Source: Haliotis rubra
Lineage: Eukaryota
Assembly: GCF_003918875.1 (NCBI RefSeq)
Contig: NW_025767740.1
Location: forward strand, 62,001 to 126,000
Direction of reading: 5' to 3'
DNA length: 64,000 nt
The notes under the pieces are model-generated. The model was not told where the DNA came from. It saw only the letters and a list, made by a program, of their open reading frames with translations, and made no database searches. This document shows positions 23,582-37,636 of this stretch, one piece after another (position 1 is the stretch's first letter; each line of letters begins with the position of its first letter). Both the position numbers and the translations under genes were made by a program.

Positions 23582-26500
23582 TATATGCACTTGAGGATGT
23601 ATCTTTTCAGTAGAAATGGAAATGATTTACCATTTCCAATATTTCCTGATTCCGTAAATACATCATGTTTATTTATAAAATGATGAACTTGATCAAACAT
23701 TGCAAAATGTGTGTATATTTCAGGTTTTGTGACTATAGTACAAGTATTTTGTTTATGGAAATATAGGCGGAATTGAAACAAATATTTACAATGTGTATGT
23801 AATTGAATATATTTAAAAAATAAATCTAGTGCAGAAGAATTGAATTGAATGTGTAAATATTTGAGAATTTGCAAACATTACCTTTTAGAAGCAGACATGA
23901 ATTGGATTTAATATTTGATTGTATATACATATTGTTCAGAATTTAAAATACAGATATCTTGCTAGCTTTGCTCTAAGGCTGTACTGTGAGCTAAGCCCAT
24001 GCGTGTCTTGTAATTATTCTATCCTTCAAAAAGGCAAGTCTAGCTAAGTGGACATTACCCCAGTCTGTTATTTAGATTTTTTTAGAAATTGTCATTCAGA
24101 CTATTAAGTATTACCTTATATACTTCTGCAAGTCTAATATCTTCGGTAAAATAGAACGTATAACTTGAAGTTAATAAACAATGTGAATGTATTTCAGGAT
24201 AAGGAAAATATGTGTCTAGTGTGGAAATATAAAGAGGAACTGAATTAAAAACAGTACATATTTGAGAATTTGAAAATATTTTATCTTGAGTGTGACTCGA
24301 ACATTGACAATGTGTATGCATTTGAGGACACATAGATGATGTGTATTGATAAATTTAATGAACTTGATGAAACACTGTAAATGTGTGTAGATTTCATGAT
24401 GTGCAAACATTGTATTTTGTATAGATTAGAAGTAGATTAGGACTGATTCAAACGTTTACAATGTGTATATGAAGACACATCTTTTAAATAGAAGTGGAAG
24501 TGATTTCCCAATGTTTTCTGATTTCGTAAATACATCAAGTTAAATGATAAAATAATGAACTTTGTTAAACATTTCAACATGTGTGTATATTGTATATATT
24601 GTGTTAATATTGTATTTTGTTTATGGAAAAATAGGAGGAACTGAAACCAAGCATTTGCAATGTGTATATATATACATATTGTTCCAAATTTAAAATACAA
24701 ATACCTTGTGTACAATACACGTTATGACTTGAGTTAATAAACAATGTGTATGTATTTTAGTATTAGAAGAAAGTGTATCTAGTGGGGAAATAAAAAGAGG
24801 AACTGAAAAAAAACAGTGTGTACATATTTAAGGATTTGCAAATAATTTATCTTGCTTGTTGAATAATTGACATAAACATTCAGCAATGTGTATGCATATC
24901 GGGATTGTAAACATGCATCTTGTGTATAAAATTAGAAAGAAATTGCACAAAACAATTAACAATGTGTACATAATTCAGGATTTAACAAATATATAGATTG
25001 TAACTGAAACATTTTTAAATGTTTAAATAATAATGTGTTATAAAATATATCATGTGTATGGAATTAGATAGGAATCTATTTAAACATTTAACTGTTTACA
25101 TATTTCTGGATTTGAATAATGTAGAAAAGGCTTTATATGTGGAAATAGGAAAGATTTGAATTTAAATTCAGCAATGTGTACATGTTTCATGTTTAAAAAG
25201 GTAATCTAGTTGATAGAAACAGAAATAATCAACCACTTGTACATATTTGTTGATTTGTTAAATACATTATGCATGTTGATGAAAATGTGTGTATAATTCA
25301 GAATGTGCAAAATGTGTATTTTGCTTATAGTAGTAGATTACATCTGAATCAAGCATTTACAATTTGTACGCATTTCAAGACACATCATTTCTATAGGAAT
25401 GGAAATGGTCAGCAATTTCCAATATTTCCTGCTTTTATAAATGAATCATGTTTATTGATTAATTTAATGAACTTGTTTAAACATTGTAATGTGTGTGTAT
25501 TTCAGGTTTTGTTCACATTGTATTTTGTCTATGGGAAAATAGGAGAAACTGAAACAAGCATTTACAATGTGTATGTAATTGAAGATATGTAAAACAAATA
25601 TCTAGAATGTAAATATAGAAGAATTGAATGAAGATGTACAATGTGTAGATAGATATTTGAGAATTTGCAAACATTAGCTTTTAGAAGTAGACATAGATTG
25701 GATTAAACATTTGATTGTATATACATACATATAATTCAGAATTCAAAATACAGATATCTTGTTAGCCTTGCTCCAAGGCTGAACTGAGAGCTAAGCCCAT
25801 GGATGTATTGTAATTATTCTATTCTATTAAAGAGGCAAGTCTAGATATGTGGAAAGGACCCCAGTCTGGTATTTAAACTTTTTAGAAGTTATTATTCAAA
25901 CTATTAACTATTACCATAAATGCTTCTGAAAGTCTAATATGTTGTGTAAAATGCACCATATGACTTGAATTAAATAAACAATGTGTATGTATTTCAGGAT
26001 AAGGAAAAAATGTGTCTAGTGTGGAAATATAAAGAGGAACTGAATTAAAAACAGTGTGTACATATTTGAGGATTTGCTAATATTTTTATCTTGTGTGTAG
26101 AATAATTGAAATAAACATATAGCAATGTGTATGCATTTCGAGATTGTAAAAATGCATCTTGTGTATAAAGTTAGATAGAAATTGCATTAAACATTTAGCA
26201 ATGTGTACATAATTCAGGATTTAAGAAATGTAAAGATAGTAACTGAAACTTTGTATGCATCATGTGTATGGAATTAGATAGGAATTTATTTAAACATGTA
26301 ACCATTTACATATTTCTGGATTTGAATAATGTAGAAAAGGCTTTTGTTTGTAGAAATAGTTGGTAGAAACAGAAATAGTCAACCACGTGTACATATTTGT
26401 TGATTTGTTAAGTGCATTGTGCCTATTGATGAACATGTGTGTAAATTAATGTGCAAATAGTGTACTTTGTGCACAAAAGTAGACTACATCTGACTCAAAC

Positions 26501-26828
26501 ATTGACAGTTTTTATGTATTTGAAGACACATAGATCTTGTGTATTGATAAATTTAATGAACTGTAAATGTGTGTATATTTTAGGATGTGCAAATAGTGTA
26601 CTTTGTAGATAGAAATAGATTAGAACTGAATCAAACATTTACACTGTCTATGTACAGACTGTATATGAAGACACGTAGATTAACTGCATTGGTAAAATTA
26701 ATGAACTTGATGTAACACTGCAAATGTGTGTAGATTTCGGGATGTGCAAACATTGTATTTTGTATATAGAAGAAGTTTGGGGTAGAGAATGAAATATTTA
26801 CAATGTGAATGTATTTGAATGTATTTGT

Positions 26829-27290
26829 GGGGCATGGTGGGCGAGCTGGCTAAGGCGCCAGACTAGTGATCCAGGAAGCTCGAAGTGTCGGGATCGAGCC
26901 CACCTGTGACCGGGTGTAAAAACCTTGGAGCAAACTTTGTGTGCAGACTCTTTCAGTGTTGTCACAACCCTTAATGTACCCTATGCACTTAAAAGAAACC
27001 ACGAATCCGTTGGTATATGACCAGATGGAGGCCACATGAATACATGCAAACACCTAGTTGCGAGTACAGCAACGTGCAGTGAACTTGGACAAAGTACTGT
27101 GACTATGTGTCCTAGTCCACCCAGCTGTGAATGGGTATCTCTTAAGGATGAGAAAGCCGCAATAACTCGGTGCGTCCAGTCGCTGCAAGAGTTGTATCAT
27201 CTCCGGGGAGTTGAGATTGATAATACGATGTGCTGTTGAGATTGACATCCAGTGATCGAGATATGTGCGCTATGTAAATATCCTAGAATA
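26829..27290 (+). mobile_element. Longer tRNA-derived SINE (third family) inserted in the satellite
   Basis: GC-richer island with a tRNA-like head (ggtgggcgagctggctaaggcg..gggatcgagccc), SINE-like central segments (ccacccagctgtgaatgggta) and an A-rich end. Confidence 0.6.
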
Positions 27291-30200
27291 ATAAATAGAA
27301 AAAGAAGTGATTAACCATTTTCAGTAATTCTTGATTTGTAAACTACATCATGTGAAAATTAAGAAACGTTATGAACTTGATTGAACATTACTAAATGTGT
27401 GTATATTTCATGTATTGTTAATATTGTATTTTGTTTATGCAAAAATGGGAATAAATAAATCAAGCATTTACAATGTGAATGTAATTAAAGATGAAAATAA
27501 TTATTTAGTGTGTAAATAAATAAAGAGAAATTGAATAGAACATGTACAATATGTAGATATTTGAGAATTTGCAATCATTAACTTTTGTGCACAGATATGA
27601 ACTGGATTTTACATTTGACTGTATGTACATATTTGTAGAGTATACAAAATGTATCTTGTGTAAAATAGGAGTTATGAATCGAATTAAATTCATGTCAGGA
27701 TTGGAAAAATGTGTATACAATGTGTAGCTATGTGTATGCGTTTAAGGGTTGTGAAAATATATCTTGTGTAAAAAAATAGAGAATAACTTGCACGAAGTAA
27801 TAAACATTGTGTACATAATTCAGGATTTAATAGATGTAAAGATATTGATTCTTGAATTGCAAATATTTATTTACTTTAACTCAATGTGTATGGCACATAT
27901 TTGAGGATTCCAAAATATGTTTTCTTGTGTGTCGAAACAGAATGATTAAATTAAACATTTACTATTGTGTATGCACTTAAAAAAATTATCTAGAGTGAAA
28001 ATAATAGAAAATTGTAACTAAATTAGCATTAAACAATGTGGAGATAAATCAGGATTTACAATATGAAATGATAGTCACTTGAATATACATTCTGAAACCG
28101 TCAGGCGTCTGACTTTGTGTGCTGGCGATTAGGTGCCTGACTCTGAGGGTGTGGGTTCAAATTCCGGATGGGACTCAACCCAACAAAAGTACTAGGATCT
28201 GTACTTTACAAAGAAAGTTTAATCCCAAATATAACGTATGTTATATATGTATCCTGTGTTTAGAAATAGATAGAGTTTTACTAAATCATTTTACCAGATT
28301 TACATATTTCAGAATTTCAAAATGTACAAAATACGGTAAAAACTATATTAAAATTCAGCGGCATTATGTTTTGAAAAACGATATCTTCACAATTTCTATT
28401 ATTTTTTATTTCTGTTTAATACATTACGTGTACTGATGAAAATATCACTTATATATTCCAAAAGTCTATTTTCGGATGAGACACTACGTCTCATTTGTAA
28501 ATATAGAGAGGATTACCTTTTATGTACAGAATTGAATTAAGCATATTAAATGTGTATGTATTTTGGATTAGCTAAATGCATCACGTACGTAATTACATAT
28601 AGAGGAATTGAATTACATTCTAAAATTAGTACATCTTACATTATTTAATATTGTGCATAGATGTAAATAAGATTGGAACTCAACATTAAACTAATTGTAC
28701 TTTTTTCAGATTTTTTTTATGAAATGTATCATGCTTATAAAACACACAAAACTTGAATATAAATTCCATCAGTGCTTAAATATTTCCTGTTTTGAAAATT
28801 ACCATGTTATGCATAGAAATAGAGTGGAATAGAATGAAAACGTACAATATACCAGGAGATGAATAAAAATATCTAATGTGTAAATATAAAGAAGAATTTG
28901 CAAACATTGTGTTGTGTGATGTGGAGAGGTGTTGAACATTTTAACAAAATGCGAAATATCATTAACTAAATAATAGATGTATCTTGTGTATATAGGTAAA
29001 CCATACTTGAATTTAGAGCTAAGAAAAGTGTACATAGTTCATGTTTTGATAACAAAAAGTCGTCTTTTATAGTTATAGAAACACTGAACTATTTGCATAT
29101 CTTTCAGGATCTATTCAATATACAATGTGTGTTAATAAAGGAAACAATTCGATGAAACATTCCCAAATGTGTGCATTACATAAATTGTATTTTGTGTATA
29201 GGTGGGAATTGACTGTACAATCTCGATACATTTATATATCAGAATTTTAATGAAGATATATTGTGTGTAAAAGTTGGAATTGCATTTCAAGAATACAGAA
29301 ATATGTGTGATTATCAAAAGAGATATAAAGAAATATTTAACCATGGGAACATCTTAGAGAATTTTGAAAAACTGCATTGATAAGACAGACATATTCAACA
29401 CTAACGTCAGAATTTGTAAACTATATCATATGTTGTCTTTCAGTGGCATTTAGAGGTTGTACATTGATGTCCAAGATATTTTTATGGATTAAACTTCTTT
29501 TTTTAATTTTGTTCCATGTTAATGGTTAAACTTAATTCAATATACAATGTGTGTTAATGGTTCAATGATGTTTAATGGTTCAGTGTTAATTTTGTTCCAT
29601 GTGGTTGAAATTTAAAAAGAAGTTTAATCCATAAAAATATGTTGTATATCATATGTGATAATAAATATATGAACCGGATTAAGTTTAAGATTAATTTGCA
29701 TCAAGATTAGAATGATGTGCATACACATATACTTGTTTCACATATATCCATTTTTTATCTATTATTCATTTTTATATATAATTAGTCAATAGTTCAAAGT
29801 TATTTTCCAATGAACTCCTGGTAGTATAAATCCACAAATATTTGCAGTGGAGTATGAACAGAACATCAACCAGAGTATCAACTACAAACTCTGAAGTAGT
29901 TTCAAGAGCAGAATCAGTGGTATTGCTTAATATTTTTAAGACACTGTAAACAGTGTCAGACTAGCATGTTTTGATATGCCATTATGTCATTTTAATGTCG
30001 GCCAAAGGTTGCAAACGAATTAATGAAGACATCAAAAGTCTAAACAGGAATTATTGGTATGTACAAGGATATTACTAACGTTTTATGGTTTGACAAATAT
30101 AGTGCCAATTGATCAACTACAAAGATGATAATTATATTAACTTATATTATTGGTTTTCACTTTCCTCGTGCAGTAATTTGGCACTATAAATAATTTCACT

Positions 30201-31654
30201 TTCCTACATTCTATATACACAAGTTTATTGAATGTATACCAAAATTAACTGCAATCTGATACAATGGCAAACCCTTGTTAATCGTGAATCTGAATATATA
30301 TAGATTTAAATGTTAATCAAATGAAAAACTCACCAAAATATATGGTGATTTTTACATTAAATATAGTGAAAGCCCTCAAACCGTGTGTGTTATTCCCAAC
30401 TTTGACACAATTGCAGGAATTGATGCTCTTTCTTGATTCACTTGTGCAAAGGTCCCATTTATCAGAATTTGTATTTTTCACAGATTTTGACATAAATCTT
30501 GTACATTGAGCTCTGCCCTGTTTAATAGCAGGAAGGTATAGCAACCGTGTACTGGTGTTGATGAATATAACCCAACGTAAAGAATATATTGTGGTGTGTT
30601 GTATGTTATAGATACTTTCCTCCTTGTGGTTGATTATTTTCTTTGTTGTGATGATAGTTATGTATATGTAATATGATAATTATAATATCCAGGACCCCAT
30701 AGCCATATTTGGGAAGTTATGTTGCCATCTCAATCTCTTCTGCCTGTAACATGGCACAGGATTTCTCTCATCCATGAGCATGAAATCAGCCCCTATTATA
30801 AGTGTACATATAATTTCATCAGAGGGAGTGATATATACGTTAAGCAAATCTAGATGTTACCAATTAAACAGTGGACATAATGTTGTTGGGGTTGGAGGCA
30901 GAAGACAAAATAAACACACACAGTTGGGCACTAACCTGATTAGACAGCTTTGTGTCATTCAGACTCAGAATGAAGCAATGATGGAAAATTAGGTCCAGGA
31001 TGTGTGTCGCGATAGATGGGAGTATGATGCACTAAATATATCTATATTGTCATGTAATTGCACTTGTACGTATAAAGGTCATAAGCTGATTGTAAAATAT
31101 GTTGCATGGAAATCAGCATCTTGATGCTCACAACAGCGTCTGGAGTCAGTCACAATTTTGTGTATTTTCCACTGACCAATCACTAAAATAGTAGCTAGTA
31201 TATGATGTATCTTGTTGGCCATTTAAACAGAAGTCATTCTGACATTTATTGTCAGATTAAACAGTTGAGTTTCTGGCCTTGTGTGTTGTACGACCCTGTC
31301 CATGGCTTTTTAACTTTCACACATTTAATCTACACTAAAACTGCACACGAAAGCAATTTACCATTACAGTGTTCTTTAAGTCTTATATCATACTTCATTG
31401 GGAAACATAGATTTGATGAGTAGGTTTGATATATAGTTTGATAGTGCCTGTAAGCAACAGTGCCTGTGCACATTTTGTGTTCCAAAGTTTTTATCACAGA
31501 TTAATTTTAATCCTGCTGACAGATAATACATGTACTGCAAAGTGTGATAGTAATTCTTTCTCACTCTTACTTCAAGTGTTTTGTGTGTTGTGTTTTTTCT
31601 CTATGTAGCCTGTTGTTCATTTAAACGTAATAAAATGTTATGTGCCACCTGACA

Positions 31655-31803
31655 GAATGAATGACTTGTGTTTTAAGCAATATTACGGCAACATCACAGC
31701 AGGGGACACCAGAAATTGGCGTCACACATTGTACCAATATGGGGAATCGAACCCAGGATTTTGGCGTGATGAGCGAACGCTTTAACTTCTTGGCTACCCC
31801 ACC
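31655..31803 (-). mobile_element. SINE family A
   Basis: A and B boxes on the minus strand, with the family A body. Confidence 0.8.
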
Positions 31804-33266
31804 GACCCTATTTCGGACCAGACAAAGGAGTGACTGAAAACATGCTTTCATCGGTGGGATGATTCTAACCAGCTCAATCAGTTTGACAAAACAACCAACT
31901 TTGTCACGAACTGAGCACCAGTCAAACATTGCGGGGATGATTTCAAACGTTCCTCTCATTTCCAGGATTGTGATATTATTATCTCATTAAAAGAATCTAA
32001 CAATTGACAAATGTCTTTTGGTTCAATTTTCCATATGTTTATTTTGTCTGACACCTATTTGAGGATTGGATGTACAAACTGTCTGACATTGTTAACTGAG
32101 TGTCGTCATTAGGGTTAGAAGTTACTCAGATTATCACTCAATATCAACCGGTTTGTACTGATAAATGCGGTGAATAGCTGGCTTGCAATGAGTGTATTTT
32201 ACGCAAATTCAGTTCGATTCAGTTATACTGGGGGTGCCAAGAAATGAGACAGTGTATTCTGTTGCTTTTCTTTTAGAGATGATACGAACATTTTTGTCTA
32301 ATTTATTGTATGAACACAAAACCTGTCTGTATGCTTCCTCTACCCATAACATATAGGTGTGTTTGAGAAACATTGCACATCCAATTGGTGTGAACTGTAA
32401 TTACTCATTACACACCTGTAGTCTAAGTGAGTAATTTTCAGTGACTTCCATTTGCATAATGTGTGGAAAGAGACATTGTACATCAAGCCAAACTTGTATG
32501 TTGCCGTACTTGTGCCTGCAGTTGTTTTGGATCATGAATTGTAATTACCAACCTCGTCAGCTGTACTATAAAACAAATGCAGATGATAGAATCAAGACAT
32601 TTTCTCCAGTTTACATGTCCATTCATGAAGGGCATTGCAGTTCCCTTTGCAGAGAGGCAAAACTTTGGCGAGCCTGAAATCTGTGATCGTGCATTGAATA
32701 TTGTACTATACATGCACTCTCCCACATATAGATGCACTCTTCGTATACCCGTGAGGATCCGGGTTATATTGGCCTTCAGTAACCCATTCTTGTCGTAAGA
32801 GGCGACTATATCCGTCAACCTAACTTTTAGAACACGGTCATTTTGCAAGTTATGTTTAAATAACAGAAGGTATCCAACTTTAATTGGCTCAATTAATAAT
32901 GATATCTGACGACCTAATTGGGTGTTGAATTTCTAAAATTTATGTCAGCTATTAAAGATTTTACAGAAGAAACTATCACATAAAGTTTCTGACAACGGCA
33001 ACATTTTCTCAAGGGAGTACTGGCAAGTACTGGAATAGCTATCAACGATGTCGCAATGTGTGTCGCACGTGCAGGTTGGGAAACATCGTGATTGTGTAAG
33101 GACATATTGAGAAGGGACCGTATCACCAAACTATTTTTCATTTTAGACAGATTGTTTTAATTATTCATTTGTATTGAAAGGTAAAGGCAAGTAATGAATA
33201 CGATTATCAAACATCATAATATTACAAACATAAGAAAGTGAAGACTTATCATGTTAAGATAACATA

Positions 33267-34620
33267 TCAATTTTCATACTGAGACTCAGGAGGCCCGACT
33301 TCAATGTCAGAGTCAGATTCTGAGTTCAAATCTATGATCAATGGTGTGACCGTTTTGGTTTGCATACCATCCTTTTGCCAATATTGTTCTTCTACTTGCT
33401 AAACGTGATCTACACAATATTTCCACAAATCTGCTGGGACGTTACAAATTTCGTCAATCACAATACGTTCTACGTCGGCCAACTCAAACGATTTGTTCTT
33501 CTGTGCAACGTGCTTTTTAAGATGGCCCCGTACAAGTTCTAAGTCACAGTGATAGGAAGGGGGTTGTACAACTTCATGACCATGTTGTTTAAGCCGATTG
33601 TCAATTTGATAAATAGGTGGTTGCTTTGTGGGAAGAATAATCTTGTACAACTCTACTTTTGTTTGACTTTGATGAATGCTCGATGCCATGTTTGTCAAGC
33701 CAACCAATCATATCTCCCTTTGTGGAAGATGAGGTTGGACACTTATCCTGGGGGTCAATGCAGCTGTGATAAGGTGCATTGTCCATTCCGATCACAGAAT
33801 GGTCAACCAGTGCTGGAATCAGTTGTTCAGTCACATATTCAGTAAACACGGCAGAGTTCATTTCATTGTGGTAATCCCGTCCATCCTTGGATTTGGTCCC
33901 GAAAACAACATCACATCCAGGAAGAAACCCCAAGTGAAGAATTGTGAGTCTCTCTCCTTTTCCAAGAGGTATTCTTCTGTTGTTCTCTGCATCTGGGTGC
34001 TGCCATTGGTAAGAAGATGTATGGTTAGCATTGGCCCACGTGTCATCAAGCCACACGATTTCATGTACTTCCTCTCTCATCTGACGTATCTTCTTCAGAT
34101 ACCGAGCTCTCATTGCTATGGTATCGCCCCTTTTACAGAGTGTCAACATTTGGTTGCTAAGTCTTTCGAAGCGGTATCCATATTTCGCAATAACTTGCAT
34201 ATTCTGTACTTGGTGACATGGATATCATGGTCAACTTGAAGTATCTTCTTCAACTTTCTGGAAGATGTAGCCTCACTCGACTTGTGTAAACGCCAAATTG
34301 CATCCCTCACTACTCGTCTATCAAAATCATCCAGTTTCCCCTTCATGAGATGTTTTGAGACGCTCCCCGACCCACCCGGGGTTTCAGTGTCAGACCCTGC
34401 GTATTATGCGATGAAGTGTCGTTTTTGAAAACTTGGAAGCATGAAGTGTACCTGTCGTGAAGCAATTGATAGACATACAGGGCTTTTGTCTCTTGACTTC
34501 GTTCTTAGAAAATGCATGTACTTTGTTAACGATGTCCCGTGCATCTTTAGCGAGCATCTCGCCGACACCCGAACACTAGCTGTGACGTTACAAACACTTT
34601 CCTTGATATTCTCGTGCATG
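33267..34620 (-). mobile_element. IS630-Tc1-mariner transposase pseudogene with long D-E spacing (Sailor/DD82E-like)
   Basis: DDFDRRVVR, WLDDTW, GKGERLTILH, DYHNEMN, MDNAPYHS, PSYHCDL-ELV and an acidic tail. About 80 residues between the second D and the E. Frameshifted. Confidence 0.8.
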
Positions 34621-34688
34621 TATGTACATAACATGTTGATACACATTGCGACATTGTTCTGTTGTAAGGAGTGAAGGTTGTTGTTGTT

Positions 34689-35870
34689 CGGATACAGAGA
34701 AAACGGACCCCAGCGAAAAAGGACCCCAAAAATATCGAGAAAACGGCCACCGCGCTGGAGAGAACGCCCTCCGGACCAAGAGAAAACGGCCTCTGTGCCT
34801 AGAGAAAACAGCCAAATTTACTTCATTGCTGATAAGCTTTTAAAAAGTGATTGGTTGTTTTGTTTAGTTTCGATAACCTTTGAAGATTGATTGATTGTCT
34901 CGATAGTTCCGATGAACAAACCAATTTGATTGATTGTACATTTTACAGGTAAGACTAGTTGATAAGGTAGTGTTTATATTGACGAGCGGATTAGTAGTTC
35001 TAATTCCAACTTTCGTTCTTGTAGTTCTGCCATGATCCCTAGTATGGTGATCTACCTTCAGTTGTTGGTAATCCATAGCCTGTTTTATATATTTTACTGT
35101 CATCTATAGTTTAAACGTTTTAAATATAAAGTTTAGTTTGTTTTAAATTCATATCTGCGATACACTAGTTGTTTTACTGTCCTTCGGTGACAGCTGTTTA
35201 ATTATAACGAAAATATAATTTGTATTTAGTCACGATATGGCTGAAATATTGCCGGTGTAACTTGAAAATCAGGTCAAGATATCCAATCACCGTGCTACTC
35301 CCTGTGAATGACGTGAGAGTGAGAAAACAGGTTGACAAAAGAATTGATAGATCATCTTATCTAATACTTTCACCGCCAGCCACTGAGTAATGATAACATT
35401 TTCTCGTGTTTATTCAATAATCAAACGCTGACGGGTGAAGGAGGCAAGCCCGAAATAATCCTTCCGGTCGACTGGCGCTACTTTTGAGACGGTGATGAGA
35501 GACACGCTTGACCCTCATCACCCATTTCTATCACGTTAAGAAAGAATTGATATTTGATAGACAGGGTTCTTATTTATTCTAGGTATCTCTTTGATGCACG
35601 TATCGCCATATGTGTTACTAATAACAAGAAATGAAAAAAATATAGCTTTATAATATATATGGCATTATTATATACAACTAAACCATTGCCATGACTATGT
35701 TATCATTGGTGTTGCCTCCTTATTATGATATTGATTTAGAGATGAATAACAGTAAAATAAAATACATGTAGTTTTCTGTTATATATAATGGCTACTATCT
35801 CTAAGCATAGAGGCAGTTTTCTCTGGCAGCGATGGCCGTTTTCGATGGGGTCCGTTTTCACTGTAACCCG
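34689..35870. mobile_element. Non-autonomous DNA transposon (MITE-like) with repetitive TIRs
   Basis: Left end gatacagagaaaacggaccccagcgaaaa; right end reverse complement gttacagtgaaaacggaccccatcgaaaa. Repeated gaaaacggcc subterminal motifs. TSD not resolved. Confidence 0.7.
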
Positions 35871-37582
35871 TTGAAAATTCAGATGAAACTGGTAGAATCA
35901 CCTATGTATGTATATGGAAACAAACAATGAACAGATTAAATTATAAGCATCTGCTGCCGAGGATGTGCATCTGCAGTGTTTGGAAATCAAATGAGCTGTC
36001 TCGCATGTCGTCAGCCGGGTCTAGTTCATTGCTTGGTCTCTCAAAAATATTACTGAAAGTTTTAAGTGGATATGATAAATATTTGGACTTTAAGATATAT
36101 AGACCCGGGACAAACTTTGTTCCTGATGAATTCATGTTTTCGTAGACACCAGTGAGTGAAATAATTCAAGCCAGATGGATAGTGTTTCATTTATAGATGT
36201 TCTGTATATGCTGTGCCAGGTTTACTTTCTTCAGATTCTTCATAATTTCCACAAATATTGGGACTTTTGACCTATGTAACAAGGATGTTACTCCCTGAGT
36301 AATTTAAAATGTCTTAATATGTCTGTCCAAGGCGAATGAGGACACCTGTATGTAACCATGCACTGTTATTTCGTGGATATACCACTATTTCGTTTCCTGG
36401 AATTTCAGTCTTGTCATGTGATCGGTGGTATTGATTCAGCATTGGTTTGGCGTGACTATGAGTCGTGGCTGCGCTGTAGCAGAGATAAACACAATGCACA
36501 AGGCTCTTTGTACAACCTGGAAGTGATTGTTTGCTTATTTGCTTATTGTGTACAAACTTTCAAATGTCTCGGAATGCCTTTGTCTTGTAATCAGAGAAGG
36601 TGACATCTGTGTTTGTTTTGTTTTTGATGAGACGTGCTAAATCTATTTGCCATCCAGGCGCCCTCAGCAGTGAACTTGACCATTTGAAGAAAACTTTCAC
36701 TTCTCTCAACAGTTACCCTGTCCACCTAGTCTCCAAAACCACCCGCAACACCGCCAACAACTGAGAACCTGGGCCATGGCTTCCATTTGTTCTGGTCGCA
36801 ATTTGTCAGTCTCTATAGTTTATCTATTATCTAGTGTGATTACCCATTTGTCACCTTCTCTAGCGGCAACACCATCAAGACCTATCTTCGACCCAATGGC
36901 ATAGGCCCCAAAAGCGCTAGCCCCAAAAGTTAAGCACCATCTACTTTAACATTACAATTGGTTCCAAAATACAACATTAAGGAAATCCGGTAATTATATA
37001 ATTTGAAACCAGGTTATGTTATAAAGAGGTAACATGCAAAAACACATTAGCACGTTATGCATGTGCTATGTAACAGTTGCTGATACATGGTAACCCTATG
37101 CAAAAAACTCCAAGTTGTAAATCTTAATGAACACATTAGCTATCACTGGTTCATCTAGAATTCCAAACTAAATGCCATTGCATTGTTTTACTGTTTATAT
37201 TTTTGTATATTCTAACAAACTGGAAGATGTTATGTTCAAAGTAGGAATTGTATTGTTTTGGGCTGCTAACGTGGGTCTAAATATTGACCTAATTGTACCC
37301 GGTAGTACATTTTCATCTGCGAGAAACTTGAGTCAGATGTTATAGTGCAATCAATTTGTGATGTAATGAACAGTTAATGATATATTATTGTTTTCTTCGT
37401 CTCTGAGACACCAAATGGCAACACCAAGTAGCCCATTCTTTCAAATTGAAAATGTTATTGTGATGGTGGAGTGTGCATATGAATGTCACTTCGTGTTAAT
37501 GATTGACTTGTGCGCGTGTGCTGTGAGTACACGTACACGAAGTGTCTGTTTGTAGAAGACCCAGAGGTGCAGAGTCTCACAC

Positions 37583-37593
37583 CAACACACACC

Positions 37594-37630
<37 letters not shown>

Positions 37631-37636
37631 CACACA
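37583..37636. repeat. (CA)n microsatellite, imperfect
   Basis: Direct inspection. Confidence 0.9.

Larger units (their letters stand above)
21990..29400. repeat. AT-rich degenerate satellite-like region
   Basis: Recurring aaacatttacaatgtgtatgtatttcagga..gcaaa..ttgtattttgtgta motif. A block at 23951 recurs at 25751 (~1.8 kb duplication). Confidence 0.8.

Noticed and set aside
22647-32300. Short ORFs in the AT-rich region
   Set aside because: Low-complexity Y/I/F/C/K-rich translations with no recognisable motifs or splice-consistent structure.
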